A DNA stretch of 51,576 nt from Clostridia bacterium (GCA_017938505.1 JAGBBH010000079.1:1-51576), one strand, 5' to 3'. Shown: positions 6,862 through 16,993, numbered from the stretch's first letter. Made by a program: numbers and translations. Notes: generated by a model not told the origin, from the letters alone.

Positions 6862-9468
6862 AAAAATATGAACGATTTTAATTCAATAAATTTTTTAGGA
6901 ACTTTTAGAAGTTATCAACAAAGAGTGCTAGATGCAAGCGATAAATATTTGCGTAACAACAAAATCCACATTGTCGCCGCACCCGGCAGCGGCAAAACAA
7001 TTTTAGGTTTGGAACTTATCAGAAGATTAAACTCGCCTTGCCTTGTCTTGTCGCCAACAAACACAATTCGTTATCAATGGGGAGACCGCTTTGAAAAAAT
7101 GTTCTTGCCAAAAGGGGCAAATGTAGATGACTATGTTTCTTTTGACCTGTTCAATGTCAAACCAATACCCTCAATCCCATACCAAGCCTTACATTCTGCA
7201 ATATATAAAATTGCATATATTGATGACGATAAACAAAAAATCGACTACTCTGATATCGACCTGTTTAAGTTGGTAAACGACTATGGAATCAAAACAATTT
7301 GCGTTGATGAAGCACACCACTTACAAAACAAATGGCAAAAAGCATTGGAGATTTTCATTGGCGGACTGAAAAAAGATGTAAAAATAATCGCACTCACAGC
7401 AACACCACCTTATGATGCCTCAAAACAAGAATGGAACAGATACATAAAAATTTGTGGCGAAATTGATGAGGAGATTTTTGTTACAGAACTGGTCAAAGAA
7501 AAGAACTTATGCCCTCATCAAGATTATGTTTACCTTAACTATCCAACTGAAGAAGAAAGCAATTTAATAAATAAGTATAAAACCACAATATTAAATTGCT
7601 TAAAATCTCTTAAAGAACTGAATTTCTTTGACAAAATATCAAAAAAGGTTTTCAGTTTGATTGCTTCAAACAGAAGCGAAATTTTAGATGAAAGCGACCA
7701 GTATCTAACAATTTTTACTTTGCTTGACAACATAGGAATTGAATATAACAAAAACAAACTCAAAAAATTCTTTGGGGTCAAAGTTGCTCCGCAGACCATA
7801 ACCTCATTTGAAATTGCTTTAAATCTCTTGCTTGACAATGAATTTATTCTTTCAAAACAAGAAAAAAACAAGATTCTATTGCATTTGAAAAAATTTGGAC
7901 TGATTGAAAAAAACAAAGCACACCTTCAAAACAACGCAAAAATCGAAAAAACTCTTATGCTTTCATTGGGAAAACTCGACAGCATAACAAAAATTGTTGC
8001 TGCTGAAAGCGAAAACTTAAAAACTGATTTGCGAATGTTGATTCTAACAGACTTCATTCAAAAATCAACTCTTCAAAAAATCGGAACCTCTGATTTTTTC
8101 AAAGAAATAAGCGTTGTAAGCATTTTTGAAACTATCAGACGAAAAAACAGTAACCTCAAACTTGCAATTTTAAGCGGTTCTCTTGTTGTTCTTCCTACAG
8201 AACTAAAAGACGACATAAAACTTCTTTTAGGTGAAAAGGCGGAAAAAGTAACAACAAAACAAATCAATTCAACCCCTTACAGCGAATTCGTTTTCAATTT
8301 AAGCAATAAAGAAAAAGTTTCCGTTGTCGGTTCCCTGTTCGAAAAAGGCAAAGTAAATCTCATTGTTGGCACCAAATCTTTGCTTGGCGAAGGTTGGGAT
8401 TCCCCTTGCATCAATTCGTTGATTATGGCAAGTTTTGTTGGCAGCTTTATGCTCTCAAATCAGATGCGAGGCAGAGCAATCAGAACACACAGTGCAAACC
8501 CAAACAAAACCGCAAACATTTGGCATTTGGTAACACTTGAACCTAAAGATGGAGCCTCAAAAGAAGTTTTTTGCGATGAAGAAACATCTTCAGATTATAA
8601 AACCCTCAAAAGAAGGTTTTCCTGTTTTGTTGGTCCAAATTACACAACAAACAACATTGAAAGTGGAATAGAAAGGTTGACAATTTTGCAAGACTATTAC
8701 ACACAAGAGAGTGCAAAAAAAATAAACAAAAATATGGAAAACTTGGCAACAGACCGAAAAACAATGACAAACAAATGGATTCAAGACAAGGGTTCTGACA
8801 TTATGTATATGCAAAGCACTGTTCCGTTTGGCAGAACACCAAAGGTTCTAGGTGCACTTGAATTGTTTAAAAGCCTCTTTCTCTTGCTTTTAAATGTTGC
8901 ACTTGTCGAAACAATCATAAGATATTTACCAAAAACATTAATCATACTTCCACTCGTAATGCTGTCTGCATTTATGTTCGCAATCTTTTCATTAAAATTT
9001 TTCAAGTTTATCAAATTTTCATTTGCAAAACCATTTATCAAATCTTTATCCAAAGACCTTCTTCATCTTCTGAAAGCCCTCAAACATTTGCCAGCGGAAG
9101 GGAAATTGCTTGTTGAAAAAAATAAAAGCGGAGTTTCCGTAGTTTTAAAAGTTGACAACATAAAGCAACAAAAACTGTTTTTAAACACTCTTCAAGAACT
9201 GCTTTCTCCAACACAAAAACCAAGATATATTATTTGTTCAACATTCTTATGGCGCTTGATTTTTAGATATTCATATAATGTTCCGAACCTTGTGGCCCAA
9301 AACAAAAATCTAGCGACTTTCGCTAGAAAGAGACTACACACATTGTCCCCTTCAAAATTGATATATGCAAATGACAGAAGAAAAAGAAATGATGTTTACA
9401 AATGCATCACTCAAAATTATCTAAAAAGTTCAAGCAAGCCAATAATAAACAAACAAACATCAATCTAA
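6853..9468 (+). CDS. Superfamily-2 (ResIII/XPB-Rad25-like, COG1061-type) DEAH helicase with C-terminal TM hairpin and extra domain, 871 aa (866 aa if it starts at 6868)
   Basis: Helicase motifs are present: RSYQ; motif I AAPGSGKT; Ia LSPTNTIRYQW; II VDEAHH; III LTATP. The C-lobe has LIVGTKSLLGEGWDSP and motif VI QMRGRAIR. Two hydrophobic segments lie at aa ~667-717 (nt ~8851-9003). They are followed by ~150 aa that I cannot assign. Confidence 0.8.
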   Translation: MYNKNMNDFNSINFLGTFRSYQQRVLDASDKYLRNNKIHIVAAPGSGKTILGLELIRRLNSPCLVLSPTNTIRYQWGDRFEKMFLPKGANVDDYVSFDLFNVKPIPSIPYQALHSAIYKIAYIDDDKQKIDYSDIDLFKLVNDYGIKTICVDEAHHLQNKWQKALEIFIGGLKKDVKIIALTATPPYDASKQEWNRYIKICGEIDEEIFVTELVKEKNLCPHQDYVYLNYPTEEESNLINKYKTTILNCLKSLKELNFFDKISKKVFSLIASNRSEILDESDQYLTIFTLLDNIGIEYNKNKLKKFFGVKVAPQTITSFEIALNLLLDNEFILSKQEKNKILLHLKKFGLIEKNKAHLQNNAKIEKTLMLSLGKLDSITKIVAAESENLKTDLRMLILTDFIQKSTLQKIGTSDFFKEISVVSIFETIRRKNSNLKLAILSGSLVVLPTELKDDIKLLLGEKAEKVTTKQINSTPYSEFVFNLSNKEKVSVVGSLFEKGKVNLIVGTKSLLGEGWDSPCINSLIMASFVGSFMLSNQMRGRAIRTHSANPNKTANIWHLVTLEPKDGASKEVFCDEETSSDYKTLKRRFSCFVGPNYTTNNIESGIERLTILQDYYTQESAKKINKNMENLATDRKTMTNKWIQDKGSDIMYMQSTVPFGRTPKVLGALELFKSLFLLLLNVALVETIIRYLPKTLIILPLVMLSAFMFAIFSLKFFKFIKFSFAKPFIKSLSKDLLHLLKALKHLPAEGKLLVEKNKSGVSVVLKVDNIKQQKLFLNTLQELLSPTQKPRYIICSTFLWRLIFRYSYNVPNLVAQNKNLATFARKRLHTLSPSKLIYANDRRKRNDVYKCITQNYLKSSSKPIINKQTSI

Positions 9469-9539
9469 TCTTCTCTTTGCGGATAAACCTTTCGCAACTT
9501 CACCTCCTCTTGCAATTGTTTTGCAATTATCACAAATAA

Positions 9540-9586
9540 AACAACTCAAATTAAATGCCAAAGATTTAAATCGAGTTGTTTTTTTA
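9540..9586 (+). terminator. Rho-independent terminator of the helicase gene
   Basis: 17-nt arms AACAACTCAAATTAAAT / ATTTAAATCGAGTTGTT pair at 15 of 17 positions, with a 7-nt loop and a T-run after. Confidence 0.7.
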
Positions 9587-9587
9587 T

Positions 9588-9616
9588 TTGATTTTTCAAG
9601 GCAAATAATTTATAAT
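9588..9616 (+). promoter_or_regulatory. Promoter of the HD-domain gene
   Basis: TTGATT (9588-9593), a 17-nt spacer, then TATAAT (9611-9616). An AGGAGG RBS precedes the ATG at 9641. Confidence 0.5.
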
Positions 9617-9640
9617 TCAATCAAGAAAAGGAGGATAAGA

Positions 9641-10303
9641 ATGAAATTAGATTTTGTTAGAAAACCAATAAAAAAATATATACAGGAAGAAATAAAACCT
9701 CTCTACAAAACCTTCGACAAAGCACACAATCTTTCACACTTTAAATTCGTAACGGAAAATTGCATAACTTATGCACAAGAACTTATCAATCAAGGATACG
9801 ACATTAATCTTGAAATTGCCTATCTAGTTGGAGCCCTACACGACATAGGAATTGTCCACGGACGAGAGGGACACGCAAAAAATTCAGCAAATATGGTAAG
9901 ACTCGACAAAACACTTCCATCATTTTTCTCTCGCAAAGAAATTGAACTGATTGCTGAAGCAGTCGAAGACCATTCTTCACACTTGTCTTACGAACCTCGT
10001 AGCATTTATGGAAAAATTGTTGCAGATGCCGACAGAAACAACACGACATATTTAGTTTTCTCAAGACCAATCAAATTTGGTTTAAAACACGAAACATTTA
10101 GGACAAGACAAGGCCACATCGACAGAGTTTACGAATTCGTTCAAGATAAATTTGGCAGAAATGGTTATGTAAAATATTGGCTCAACATTCCACAAACAAC
10201 ACAATCTCAACAAGAGGTTTGGAACCTGCTTGACAACGAAGAAAAATGCAAAAGTTACATTGCTGGCATTTTCGACGAACTAACCAAAGGCAAACTTAAT
10301 TAA
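9641..10303 (+). CDS. HD-domain phosphohydrolase, 220 aa
   Basis: The start was moved to the ATG at 9641, which has AAAGGAGG upstream. The longer track ORF would run through a terminator and a promoter. Motifs seen: H (LSHF), HD (GALHDIG), DH (VEDHSSH) and D (ADADR). Confidence 0.75.
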   Translation: MKLDFVRKPIKKYIQEEIKPLYKTFDKAHNLSHFKFVTENCITYAQELINQGYDINLEIAYLVGALHDIGIVHGREGHAKNSANMVRLDKTLPSFFSRKEIELIAEAVEDHSSHLSYEPRSIYGKIVADADRNNTTYLVFSRPIKFGLKHETFRTRQGHIDRVYEFVQDKFGRNGYVKYWLNIPQTTQSQQEVWNLLDNEEKCKSYIAGIFDELTKGKLN

Positions 10304-10357
10304 ATCGACCAAACCTTTTACATCTTTGACAAAATAAAAAAAATTGGAGAAAAAACT

Positions 10358-10834
10358 ATGAAACGCAAAAATATATCAAGCGGAACATATAACCATTGTT
10401 CAAATTGCAAAATTAAAAAGAATTGTTGTTGCGATTTTGATGACGAAATTGACAACATTGTAACAACTGTTGCAGAAAAAGAAAAAATCATAGGAAGACT
10501 TGGAACCTCTGTCGAGAAATATTTTCGTCCTATCAATGAAGAAGCTTTCAACATTTTAAACATAGATTCTGTTTGCCCGTTTTATAAAAACGGTTGTTCA
10601 ATTTATGACATTCGTCCCAGCGATTGCAAATTGTTCCCTTATGACCTAAAGGAAATTGATGGCAAATATTTCTTAATTAAATATAACCTGCCTTGTGGAA
10701 GCAAAAATGTTAATGAAAATGTTGATGCGGTTGTCAAAGAACTGCTTCCTATCATCACAACCTATACAGATAAAAAAATTGAAGAAAAGGTCAACAATCT
10801 TCCTTTTGATATAATTAAAGAAATCAAAATTTAA
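10358..10834 (+). CDS. YkgJ-family Cys-cluster (zinc/iron-chelating) protein, 158 aa
   Basis: N-terminal CSNCKIKKNCCC cluster, then CPFYKNGCSIYDIRPSDCKLFPY. This is typical of the UPF0153/YkgJ family. Confidence 0.65.
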   Translation: MKRKNISSGTYNHCSNCKIKKNCCCDFDDEIDNIVTTVAEKEKIIGRLGTSVEKYFRPINEEAFNILNIDSVCPFYKNGCSIYDIRPSDCKLFPYDLKEIDGKYFLIKYNLPCGSKNVNENVDAVVKELLPIITTYTDKKIEEKVNNLPFDIIKEIKI

Positions 10835-10885
10835 TCAAAAGTTTTCATCAAAACAATAAAAAATTAAATAAAACAATAAAAAAAA

Positions 10886-10916
10886 TCAAAAAATGCATTT
10901 TTAATGCATTTTTTTG
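10886..10916. terminator. Bidirectional terminator between convergent genes
   Basis: Stem AAAATGCA/TGCATTTT is flanked by an A-run upstream and a T-run downstream. It overlaps the last codons of the minus-strand gene. Confidence 0.6.
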
Positions 10917-11434
10917 TTATAATATCGTAAATTTTTTTGAATTTTTTCCAAATATTCTCTTGTTTCGTAAAATGGAATTTTTTTCAATGTTTCTCCATCA
11001 ACACTTAAGTCTTCATCTTTCAACCACTTTGCAACATTTGCTGGACCAGCATTATAGGCACATAATGCAACATCAAAATCTTTAAACTTTTCAATTAAAG
11101 TTACCAAATATGAAGTTCCTATAACTATGTTGTCTTTTGGATTTTTCAAATCAAAACTTTTCATATTCAACTTTTGGGCAACTTCTTGTGCCGTGCTAGG
11201 CAAAACTTGCATAAGCCCAACCGCACCTTTTGCAGATATTGCTTTCTCATTGAAATGACTTTCAACATTTATCACAGACAAAATCTTACTTTTGTCAATA
11301 TCAAATCTCTCGCTTGCAACTTCTACCTCTTGCAGAAATTTTATGGGAAACAGATAACCATAAAAGCAGTTAATACCAAAAACCGTTAAAAACAAAAATG
11401 AAAAAGAGAAAAAAATTGCAAAAAACCACTTCAT
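10901..11434 (-). CDS. Membrane-anchored lytic transglycosylase (SLT domain), 177 aa
   Basis: N-terminal TM segment. The catalytic region reads VESHFNEKAISAKGAVGLMQV, and AYNAGPANV is present. Confidence 0.8.
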   Translation of the reverse strand: MKWFFAIFFSFSFLFLTVFGINCFYGYLFPIKFLQEVEVASERFDIDKSKILSVINVESHFNEKAISAKGAVGLMQVLPSTAQEVAQKLNMKSFDLKNPKDNIVIGTSYLVTLIEKFKDFDVALCAYNAGPANVAKWLKDEDLSVDGETLKKIPFYETREYLEKIQKNLRYYNKKMH

Positions 11435-11500
11435 AGGTCTATTTTATGAAAAAAGAACAAATCTATGCTCTGCCCATTACAAGTATTTAAGGTATATGAT

Positions 11501-11740
11501 TTACAATTTTTCACCCGACAACAAATATAACCCATCAAAATTTCTTAAATTTCCTTGTCTTTCAATCAGTGATTTTATTTTAGGCAAAAAGCCCCTTTGA
11601 AACTTCACTGAAATCCCACAAGCCTTTTTTATGTTCTGAGGAGTGTTTATTATTGCGCAAGGGACATTGTTCTGTTTAAGCAAGTTTGAAAAATTTAAGG
11701 TTGAAAACCTTGAATTAAACACCGCAATTATATACTGCAT
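11501..11740 (-). CDS. DUF3343 (putative Se/S carrier-like) protein, 79 aa
   Basis: GGAGGGG RBS. The pattern IIAVF.S......F..LLK...V.C.IINTP..I..ACGISVKF fits the family. It is divergent from a cysteine desulfurase, which is the usual context. Confidence 0.6.
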   Translation of the reverse strand: MQYIIAVFNSRFSTLNFSNLLKQNNVPCAIINTPQNIKKACGISVKFQRGFLPKIKSLIERQGNLRNFDGLYLLSGEKL

Positions 11741-11815
11741 AACCCCTCCTTATGCACAAAAGTCCTCCAATGTCATTATATTATTAATATAGAAAAATTG
11801 TTTAAAGAGGGATTT

Positions 11816-12961
11816 ATGATTTATTTAGATAATTCAGCAACAACTTTCGTCAAACCAAAAAACATTCAAAGAATAATGAGCAATGCATTAAACATATTCA
11901 CAGCAAACCCCGGAAGAAGCGGGCACAAACAGGCAATTAAAACTGCTCTGGCAGTTGAAAATGTTCGTGAACTTGTAGCAAATTATGTAAACACTTCACC
12001 TGAAAAAATTATTTTTACTCTTAATTGCACAGATGCGTTGAATTCAGCAATTCTGGGAACTCACAAAAAGGGAGGGCATATAGTTTGCACAGTTAACGAG
12101 CACAACTCCGTATTAAGGCCTCTGCAACATTTAAAAGAAATTGATTCTGATTTCTCTTTCACAGTGGCGGAACAATCTAAAAGTGGCGGAATCGTTTGGG
12201 AAGACATAGAAAACTGCTTGCAAGACAACACCTATCTTGTAATTGTCAATCACATTTCAAATGTAAATGGTGACATTGCAGACCTAAAAACAATCGGAAC
12301 AGAATTAAAAAAAAGAAACATTCTTTTTCTGGTTGATGGTGCACAAGGCGGAGGTCATTTTAAATATGATATGCAAGGAATGGGAATAAACCTGCTTGCA
12401 TTTGCAGCACATAAAGGTTTCTATTCCCCACAAGGTATTGGTTGCTTATGTTTGAATGGAGATTTTGAAATTTCTCCAATAAGATTTGGTGGCACAGGAA
12501 CAAACTCTTTGGAACCTACTATGCCAGAAAATTTTCCAGAACGACTCGAAGCAGGCACACTCAACACTCCCGCAATTCTCTGCTTTGGAGAAGGCATAAA
12601 ATTTGTTCAAGAAAATTTCAAACAAATTGAAACCAAGACCGAAGATTTAATAACCTATCTTCATTATGAACTGTCAAAACTGCCCGTCAAAATTTATACA
12701 AAAACAGAAAACACATCTGGTGTTTTTGCGTTCAACATTGCCGACATTCATTCACAAGACATTGCAAGTTATCTTGATGAAAAATGGAACATTTGCGTCC
12801 GAGGGGGCTATCACTGTGCTCCGTTGAAGCACAAATCTCTCAAGACCCTTGACCAAGGAGCTGTGAGAGTTTCCATTTCATTTTTCAACACATATCAAGA
12901 AATTGAAAAATTAATTTTTGCAATAAAACATTATTTGAAGAATGAAATAAAAATAATTTAA
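11816..12961 (+). CDS. Class V aminotransferase / cysteine desulfurase, 381 aa
   Basis: I prefer the start at ATG 11816 (MIYLDNSATT), which has AGAGGGA upstream. A PLP-lysine context is present (AFAAHKGFYSPQGIG), and GGYHCAP lies near the C-terminus. Confidence 0.85.
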   Translation: MIYLDNSATTFVKPKNIQRIMSNALNIFTANPGRSGHKQAIKTALAVENVRELVANYVNTSPEKIIFTLNCTDALNSAILGTHKKGGHIVCTVNEHNSVLRPLQHLKEIDSDFSFTVAEQSKSGGIVWEDIENCLQDNTYLVIVNHISNVNGDIADLKTIGTELKKRNILFLVDGAQGGGHFKYDMQGMGINLLAFAAHKGFYSPQGIGCLCLNGDFEISPIRFGGTGTNSLEPTMPENFPERLEAGTLNTPAILCFGEGIKFVQENFKQIETKTEDLITYLHYELSKLPVKIYTKTENTSGVFAFNIADIHSQDIASYLDEKWNICVRGGYHCAPLKHKSLKTLDQGAVRVSISFFNTYQEIEKLIFAIKHYLKNEIKII

Positions 12962-13030
12962 TTATTAAATTTGCCGTTTTTTTATTATTTATTTTTTAAA
13001 AATTGTTTGTTTTTTTTAATTTTATTTATT

Positions 13031-13084
13031 TTTTTTGAATTTTCTTTGTTTTTTTTGAATTTTCTTTGTTTTTTTGAATTTTTT
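13031..13084. repeat. T-rich 20-nt tandem repeat (2.7 copies)
   Basis: TTTTTTGAATTTTCTTTGTT occurs exactly at 13031-13050 and 13051-13070, with a partial third copy. It sits inside a ~200-nt T-rich intergenic region. Confidence 0.8.
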
Positions 13085-13140
13085 ATCAATTTTAAATTAT
13101 TTTTTTTAATTATTAGTTCTAAACACGCCAAAGCTTTTCA

Positions 13141-13181
13141 ATAAATAAAAAAGGTTTGAAAACATCAAACCTCTATTTTTT
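13141..13181. terminator. Bidirectional rho-independent terminator
   Basis: Perfect 8-bp stem AGGTTTGA/TCAAACCT (13152-13172) with a 5-nt loop. An A-run lies upstream and a T-run downstream. It abuts the TAG stop of the minus-strand gene. Confidence 0.75.
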
Positions 13182-13871
13182 ATTATAAATATATCTTTTA
13201 CAATGCTCGCAAGTGATAAATGGCTGCTCTTTCAATTTTGAAATTGCCGCTTTTGGTTGCTCCATTCTACAATGTCCACAAAAAGCTCCGCTTTCTAAAG
13301 GCACAAAAACAGGAAAAATTTTATCATTTCTCTTTTTCTTATATTCTGCCAACAATTCTTGTTGAACGCTTTTCCCTAATTCTGCAAGCTCTTTTACCAA
13401 CTTTTCTTTTTCTGGGACCAAAACAGAATCTTCTTCAGTTATTTTCTTTTTGCAAACATTATAATCATTTCTGATTTTTTCATAAATATCTTTTGTTTTT
13501 TGATATTCTGTTACGATTCTGTTGATTCTTTCCGCTGCTTTTTGCAAAACCTTTTCCAATATGTTCAAGTTTGAAAATATTTTTGATTTTAAAACCGAAA
13601 TTTTTTCAAGTTCTCCCATAGAAAGACCTTCAATGTCTTTTCCCAAGATTTCTTCCGCTTTTGTCTTGTTGAGTTTATGCTTGCTTTTTATCTCTTCAAT
13701 TTCTGTAAGCAAATGTTCTGCATCTTCTTTAAGTTTCTCTGAAATTCTCTTGCTATTTTCAGCCTGAACCCTTAAAGCTTCTGCTTTTTTCTTATATGCC
13801 CCATTCGACATTTTTTGTTCAATTTTATAAAGTTGTTCGTCAAATTTTTGATATTTCAATAAATTTTCCAT
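13173..13871 (-). CDS. Coiled-coil protein with C4 zinc-ribbon (DUF164/COG1579 type), 232 aa
   Basis: A long K/E-rich coiled coil is followed by CGHC....(x17)....CEHC at the C-terminus. Confidence 0.7.
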   Translation of the reverse strand: MENLLKYQKFDEQLYKIEQKMSNGAYKKKAEALRVQAENSKRISEKLKEDAEHLLTEIEEIKSKHKLNKTKAEEILGKDIEGLSMGELEKISVLKSKIFSNLNILEKVLQKAAERINRIVTEYQKTKDIYEKIRNDYNVCKKKITEEDSVLVPEKEKLVKELAELGKSVQQELLAEYKKKRNDKIFPVFVPLESGAFCGHCRMEQPKAAISKLKEQPFITCEHCKRYIYNKK

Positions 13872-13923
13872 TATTATTGCTCCCTATCTATTTTATTTTA
13901 TAAACCTTTAAAAAGACCACAAA

Positions 13924-14997
13924 TTATTCCACAAAATCCGCAAGTTTTTTCAATCTGTTTGGATGCTTCAATTTTCTAAGCGCCTTTGCTTCAATTTGTC
14001 TGATTCTTTCTCTTGTAACAGAGAATTCTCTGCCAACTTCTTCCAAAGTTTTTTGACGACCATCGAGAAGTCCATATCTTTGTCTAATAACTTCTTGTTC
14101 TCTTGGTGTAAGGGTGTCAATTACTGCTAAAAGTTGCTCTCTCAACAGTGTTTGTGTCGCACTCTCAATTGGAGACTTTGCACTTTCATCAACAATAACA
14201 TCGGCCATTTTTCCGTCGTCTTCTTCTCCCATTGGAGTTTCAAGCGAGATTGGGTCTTGTGCAGTTCTTTGAATTTCCATAACTTTTGCAACAGAAAGGT
14301 CCATTTCTTTTGCAATTTCTTCAATTGTTGGTTCTCTGCCCAAGCGTTGCATAAGAACTCTTACAACCTTAACATATTTGTTGATTGTTTCTACCATATG
14401 AACAGGAATTCTGATTGTTCTTGATTGGTCAGCCATTGCTCTTGTAATTGCTTGTCTAATCCACCAAGTCGCATAAGTTGAAAATTTAAATCCTTTCGTG
14501 TAATCAAATTTGTCAACTGCCCTCAAAAGTCCCATATTTCCTTCTTGAATAAGGTCAAGGAATGACATTGAGGTTTTTCCGACATATTTTTTTGCAACAC
14601 TAACAACCAAACGCAAGTTTGCTTCACAAAGCACTGATTTTGCATATTGGTCGCCTTGCATTGCTCTTTTTGCCAAATCTCTTTCTTCATCAGCACTGAG
14701 AAGGGGAACTTTTCCAATGTCTTTCAAATACATCTTGACAGGGTCATCAACACTTACCGACATAACAATGTCAGAAAAGTTGTCTTTATATAAATCTTCA
14801 TCATTTGTCTTGATGATTTTGATTCCCCTTTTGTTTAAAAGTTCCAAGAACTTTTCAACATTTGACGCATTCTCACCAACCTTAAGCAAAGGGAAATAAA
14901 TTTCATCTTCGCTGATTGACCCTTTTTTCATTGCAAGCGCCTGCAATTTATCATATACCAATTTGATTTTTGCCAAATCTTGTTTATCTTCTGACAT
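13924..14997 (-). CDS. rpoD: RNA polymerase primary sigma factor
   Basis: Region 2 reads [13 protein letters not shown], region 3 is present, and region 4 reads [27 protein letters not shown]. It overlaps the dnaG stop by 14 nt, as in the classic dnaG-rpoD operon. Confidence 0.95.
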   Translation of the reverse strand: MSEDKQDLAKIKLVYDKLQALAMKKGSISEDEIYFPLLKVGENASNVEKFLELLNKRGIKIIKTNDEDLYKDNFSDIVMSVSVDDPVKMYLKDIGKVPLLSADEERDLAKRAMQGDQYAKSVLCEANLRLVVSVAKKYVGKTSMSFLDLIQEGNMGLLRAVDKFDYTKGFKFSTYATWWIRQAITRAMADQSRTIRIPVHMVETINKYVKVVRVLMQRLGREPTIEEIAKEMDLSVAKVMEIQRTAQDPISLETPMGEEDDGKMADVIVDESAKSPIESATQTLLREQLLAVIDTLTPREQEVIRQRYGLLDGRQKTLEEVGREFSVTRERIRQIEAKALRKLKHPNRLKKLADFVE

Positions 14998-16753
14998 TGA
15001 ATTCCTCCAAACTTTTATTTTTTAACTGAATAGCAACTTTTCCAAGTTCTCTTGCAATTTCTGCACGCCTTGTTAAATCCGCACAGTTTCTATATTCTTC
15101 ATTGAGTTTTTCTTGTTTTTTTCTCAATTTTGCTTCTGCCAATTTCCAGACACATTCTCTGAAATATTTTTCCGCATCCTTTTCAAACTCAACAAAATTG
15201 AAATTTAAAATATCCATCAAAAATTTGTCTTCACTTGCGCCTTCAAAATCAAAAATCGCAGACAAAGGAAGATTTTTATCAATTATTTCCAAATAAGAAG
15301 CAAATTCTTCCAACAACTTTGCATAATCAATCCGCAAATCTTTCCATTCTTTTTTGTGAAGAAGCGTAGCCAAAATAAATTTACTTGCTTTCTCATCGCC
15401 CTTTTCTTGTTCTTTTGGAGCAGGCAATGGTTGCTCCTTAATCACAACTTTTTGCGGGGTTGATGAAATATCTCTCCTAAGCACATCAATTGGAATTTTT
15501 GTTAAATCTCTAACAATTTCCAAATAAGGTTCATAAAGCGTAGGACTCTCTAGTCGTTTAATTTGCGCCAACACCTCTTTAACAAATTTGTTCTTTTCTT
15601 CAGGGACATTTAAGTTGTGCCTAGATTTATAATAATCAATCAAAAATTGCATGTAAGGTTTTGCATTATCAATCATTTCCTGCAATTTTTCTTTTCCGTA
15701 AATGTTTAAAATTTCATCAGGGTCTTTTCCTTCTGGCAAAGCAACAATCTTCAAATCCACATTTTCATCTCTAAACATTTCAATTGCTCTGAGAGTTGCT
15801 TTCGTTCCAGCCCCATCGCCATCAAAACAAACCACGATTTTGTCGCAATATCTCTTAAGTTCTGTAACATGGTCTTTCGTAAGAGCAGTTCCCATACACG
15901 CAACGGTAGATTTAAATCCACCCTTGTGCATTGCAATGACATCCATTTGCCCTTCAACAAGAATTATCTTGTCAAGCAAATGTTGTTGTTTTTGTGCTTT
16001 TAAGATGTTAATTCCAAAAACCACCTTTCCCTTTTGGAAAACCATAGTTTCAGCCGTGTTTAAATATTTTGCAAAATCAGTTTTTTCAAGTGCCCTAGCA
16101 CTGAACCCTATACATTCATTAAACGAATTAAAAATAGGGAACACCAGTCTTCCCGCAAGAACATCATAAATGCGGTTATTTTTTTTAGCACAAACACCAG
16201 CATCAAGCATATCTTTTTCAGAAAAGCCTTTGGCCCTTAAATATTGCACAAGTTCAGTCCAGTTTTTAGAATAACCAATCTTAAAGTCTTCAAGTTCTCG
16301 CCTTGTAAACCTTCTCATCTTTATGTAGTCTTGTGCAGGCTTTGCTTCCGTGCTGTAGAGGTTTTCAATGTAATGCTTGTAAGTATATTCCAATACAGAC
16401 AACACTCTTTCTTTTGTCTTTTTAACTTCTTGATGTTTTTGTGAAGATTGAAATTCTGGAAGTTGCATTCCGACCTTGTCCGCCAAAAGTTTGACCGCAT
16501 CCATAAATTCGATATTTTCCATCTTCTGCACAAATTTAATAACATCTCCAGATTCTTTGCAACCAAAACAATGATAAACCCCATCTTCGCCATTTAAAGA
16601 AAACGAAGGTGTTTTTTCATTATGAAAAGGACAGCAAGCCCAATATCTGCTACCCTTTTGTTGCAGTTGAAGATAGTTTGAGGCAATTGAAATGAGGTCA
16701 TTCTTACGCTTCAATTCCACAAGCCACTCAACAGGAAAACCTTTATTTTGCAA
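14984..16753 (-). CDS. dnaG: DNA primase
   Basis: The zinc-binding motif is [14 protein letters not shown]...YHCFGC. The TOPRIM region reads LVEGQMDVI ... [11 protein letters not shown] start preceded by GGGAG. Confidence 0.95.
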   Translation of the reverse strand: MQNKGFPVEWLVELKRKNDLISIASNYLQLQQKGSRYWACCPFHNEKTPSFSLNGEDGVYHCFGCKESGDVIKFVQKMENIEFMDAVKLLADKVGMQLPEFQSSQKHQEVKKTKERVLSVLEYTYKHYIENLYSTEAKPAQDYIKMRRFTRRELEDFKIGYSKNWTELVQYLRAKGFSEKDMLDAGVCAKKNNRIYDVLAGRLVFPIFNSFNECIGFSARALEKTDFAKYLNTAETMVFQKGKVVFGINILKAQKQQHLLDKIILVEGQMDVIAMHKGGFKSTVACMGTALTKDHVTELKRYCDKIVVCFDGDGAGTKATLRAIEMFRDENVDLKIVALPEGKDPDEILNIYGKEKLQEMIDNAKPYMQFLIDYYKSRHNLNVPEEKNKFVKEVLAQIKRLESPTLYEPYLEIVRDLTKIPIDVLRRDISSTPQKVVIKEQPLPAPKEQEKGDEKASKFILATLLHKKEWKDLRIDYAKLLEEFASYLEIIDKNLPLSAIFDFEGASEDKFLMDILNFNFVEFEKDAEKYFRECVWKLAEAKLRKKQEKLNEEYRNCADLTRRAEIARELGKVAIQLKNKSLEEFNVRR

Positions 16754-16894
16754 ATCAAAACTCCCAAAAAGTGTTATTTGAAAGTATTATACAACAAAAA
16801 AACGCAATAACCTCATATTTACCGCAAAATAATTATAAAAAAATGACTAAACTTAAAAAATTTGGGAATAATAGTTACTTTATCAGAAGGAAAT

Positions 16895-16928
16895 GTCAAA
16901 AAAAAACACCGAACCCTCGGTGTTTTTT
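16895..16928. terminator. Bidirectional terminator downstream of the LRR gene
   Basis: Stem AACACCGA/TCGGTGTT (8 bp) with a 4-nt loop, flanked by an A-run and a T-run. Confidence 0.7.
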
Positions 16929-16993
16929 CAATTATATATTATCTTTCAATGTTTTTAATTTAGGTCTTCAACATTAACTAACAAGACAAATGC

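Noticed and set aside
9521-9640. A longer N-terminal extension of the HD-domain ORF (track start 9521).
   Set aside because: The extension would be translated across a strong terminator (9540-9586) and a -35/-10 promoter (9588-9616). The internal ATG at 9641 has a perfect AGGAGG RBS.
6853-10303. A Cas3-like split helicase plus HD nuclease pair.
   Set aside because: The two genes are separated by a strong terminator and an independent promoter. The HD protein looks like a generic YedJ-type phosphohydrolase, and no Cascade or CRISPR components are present.
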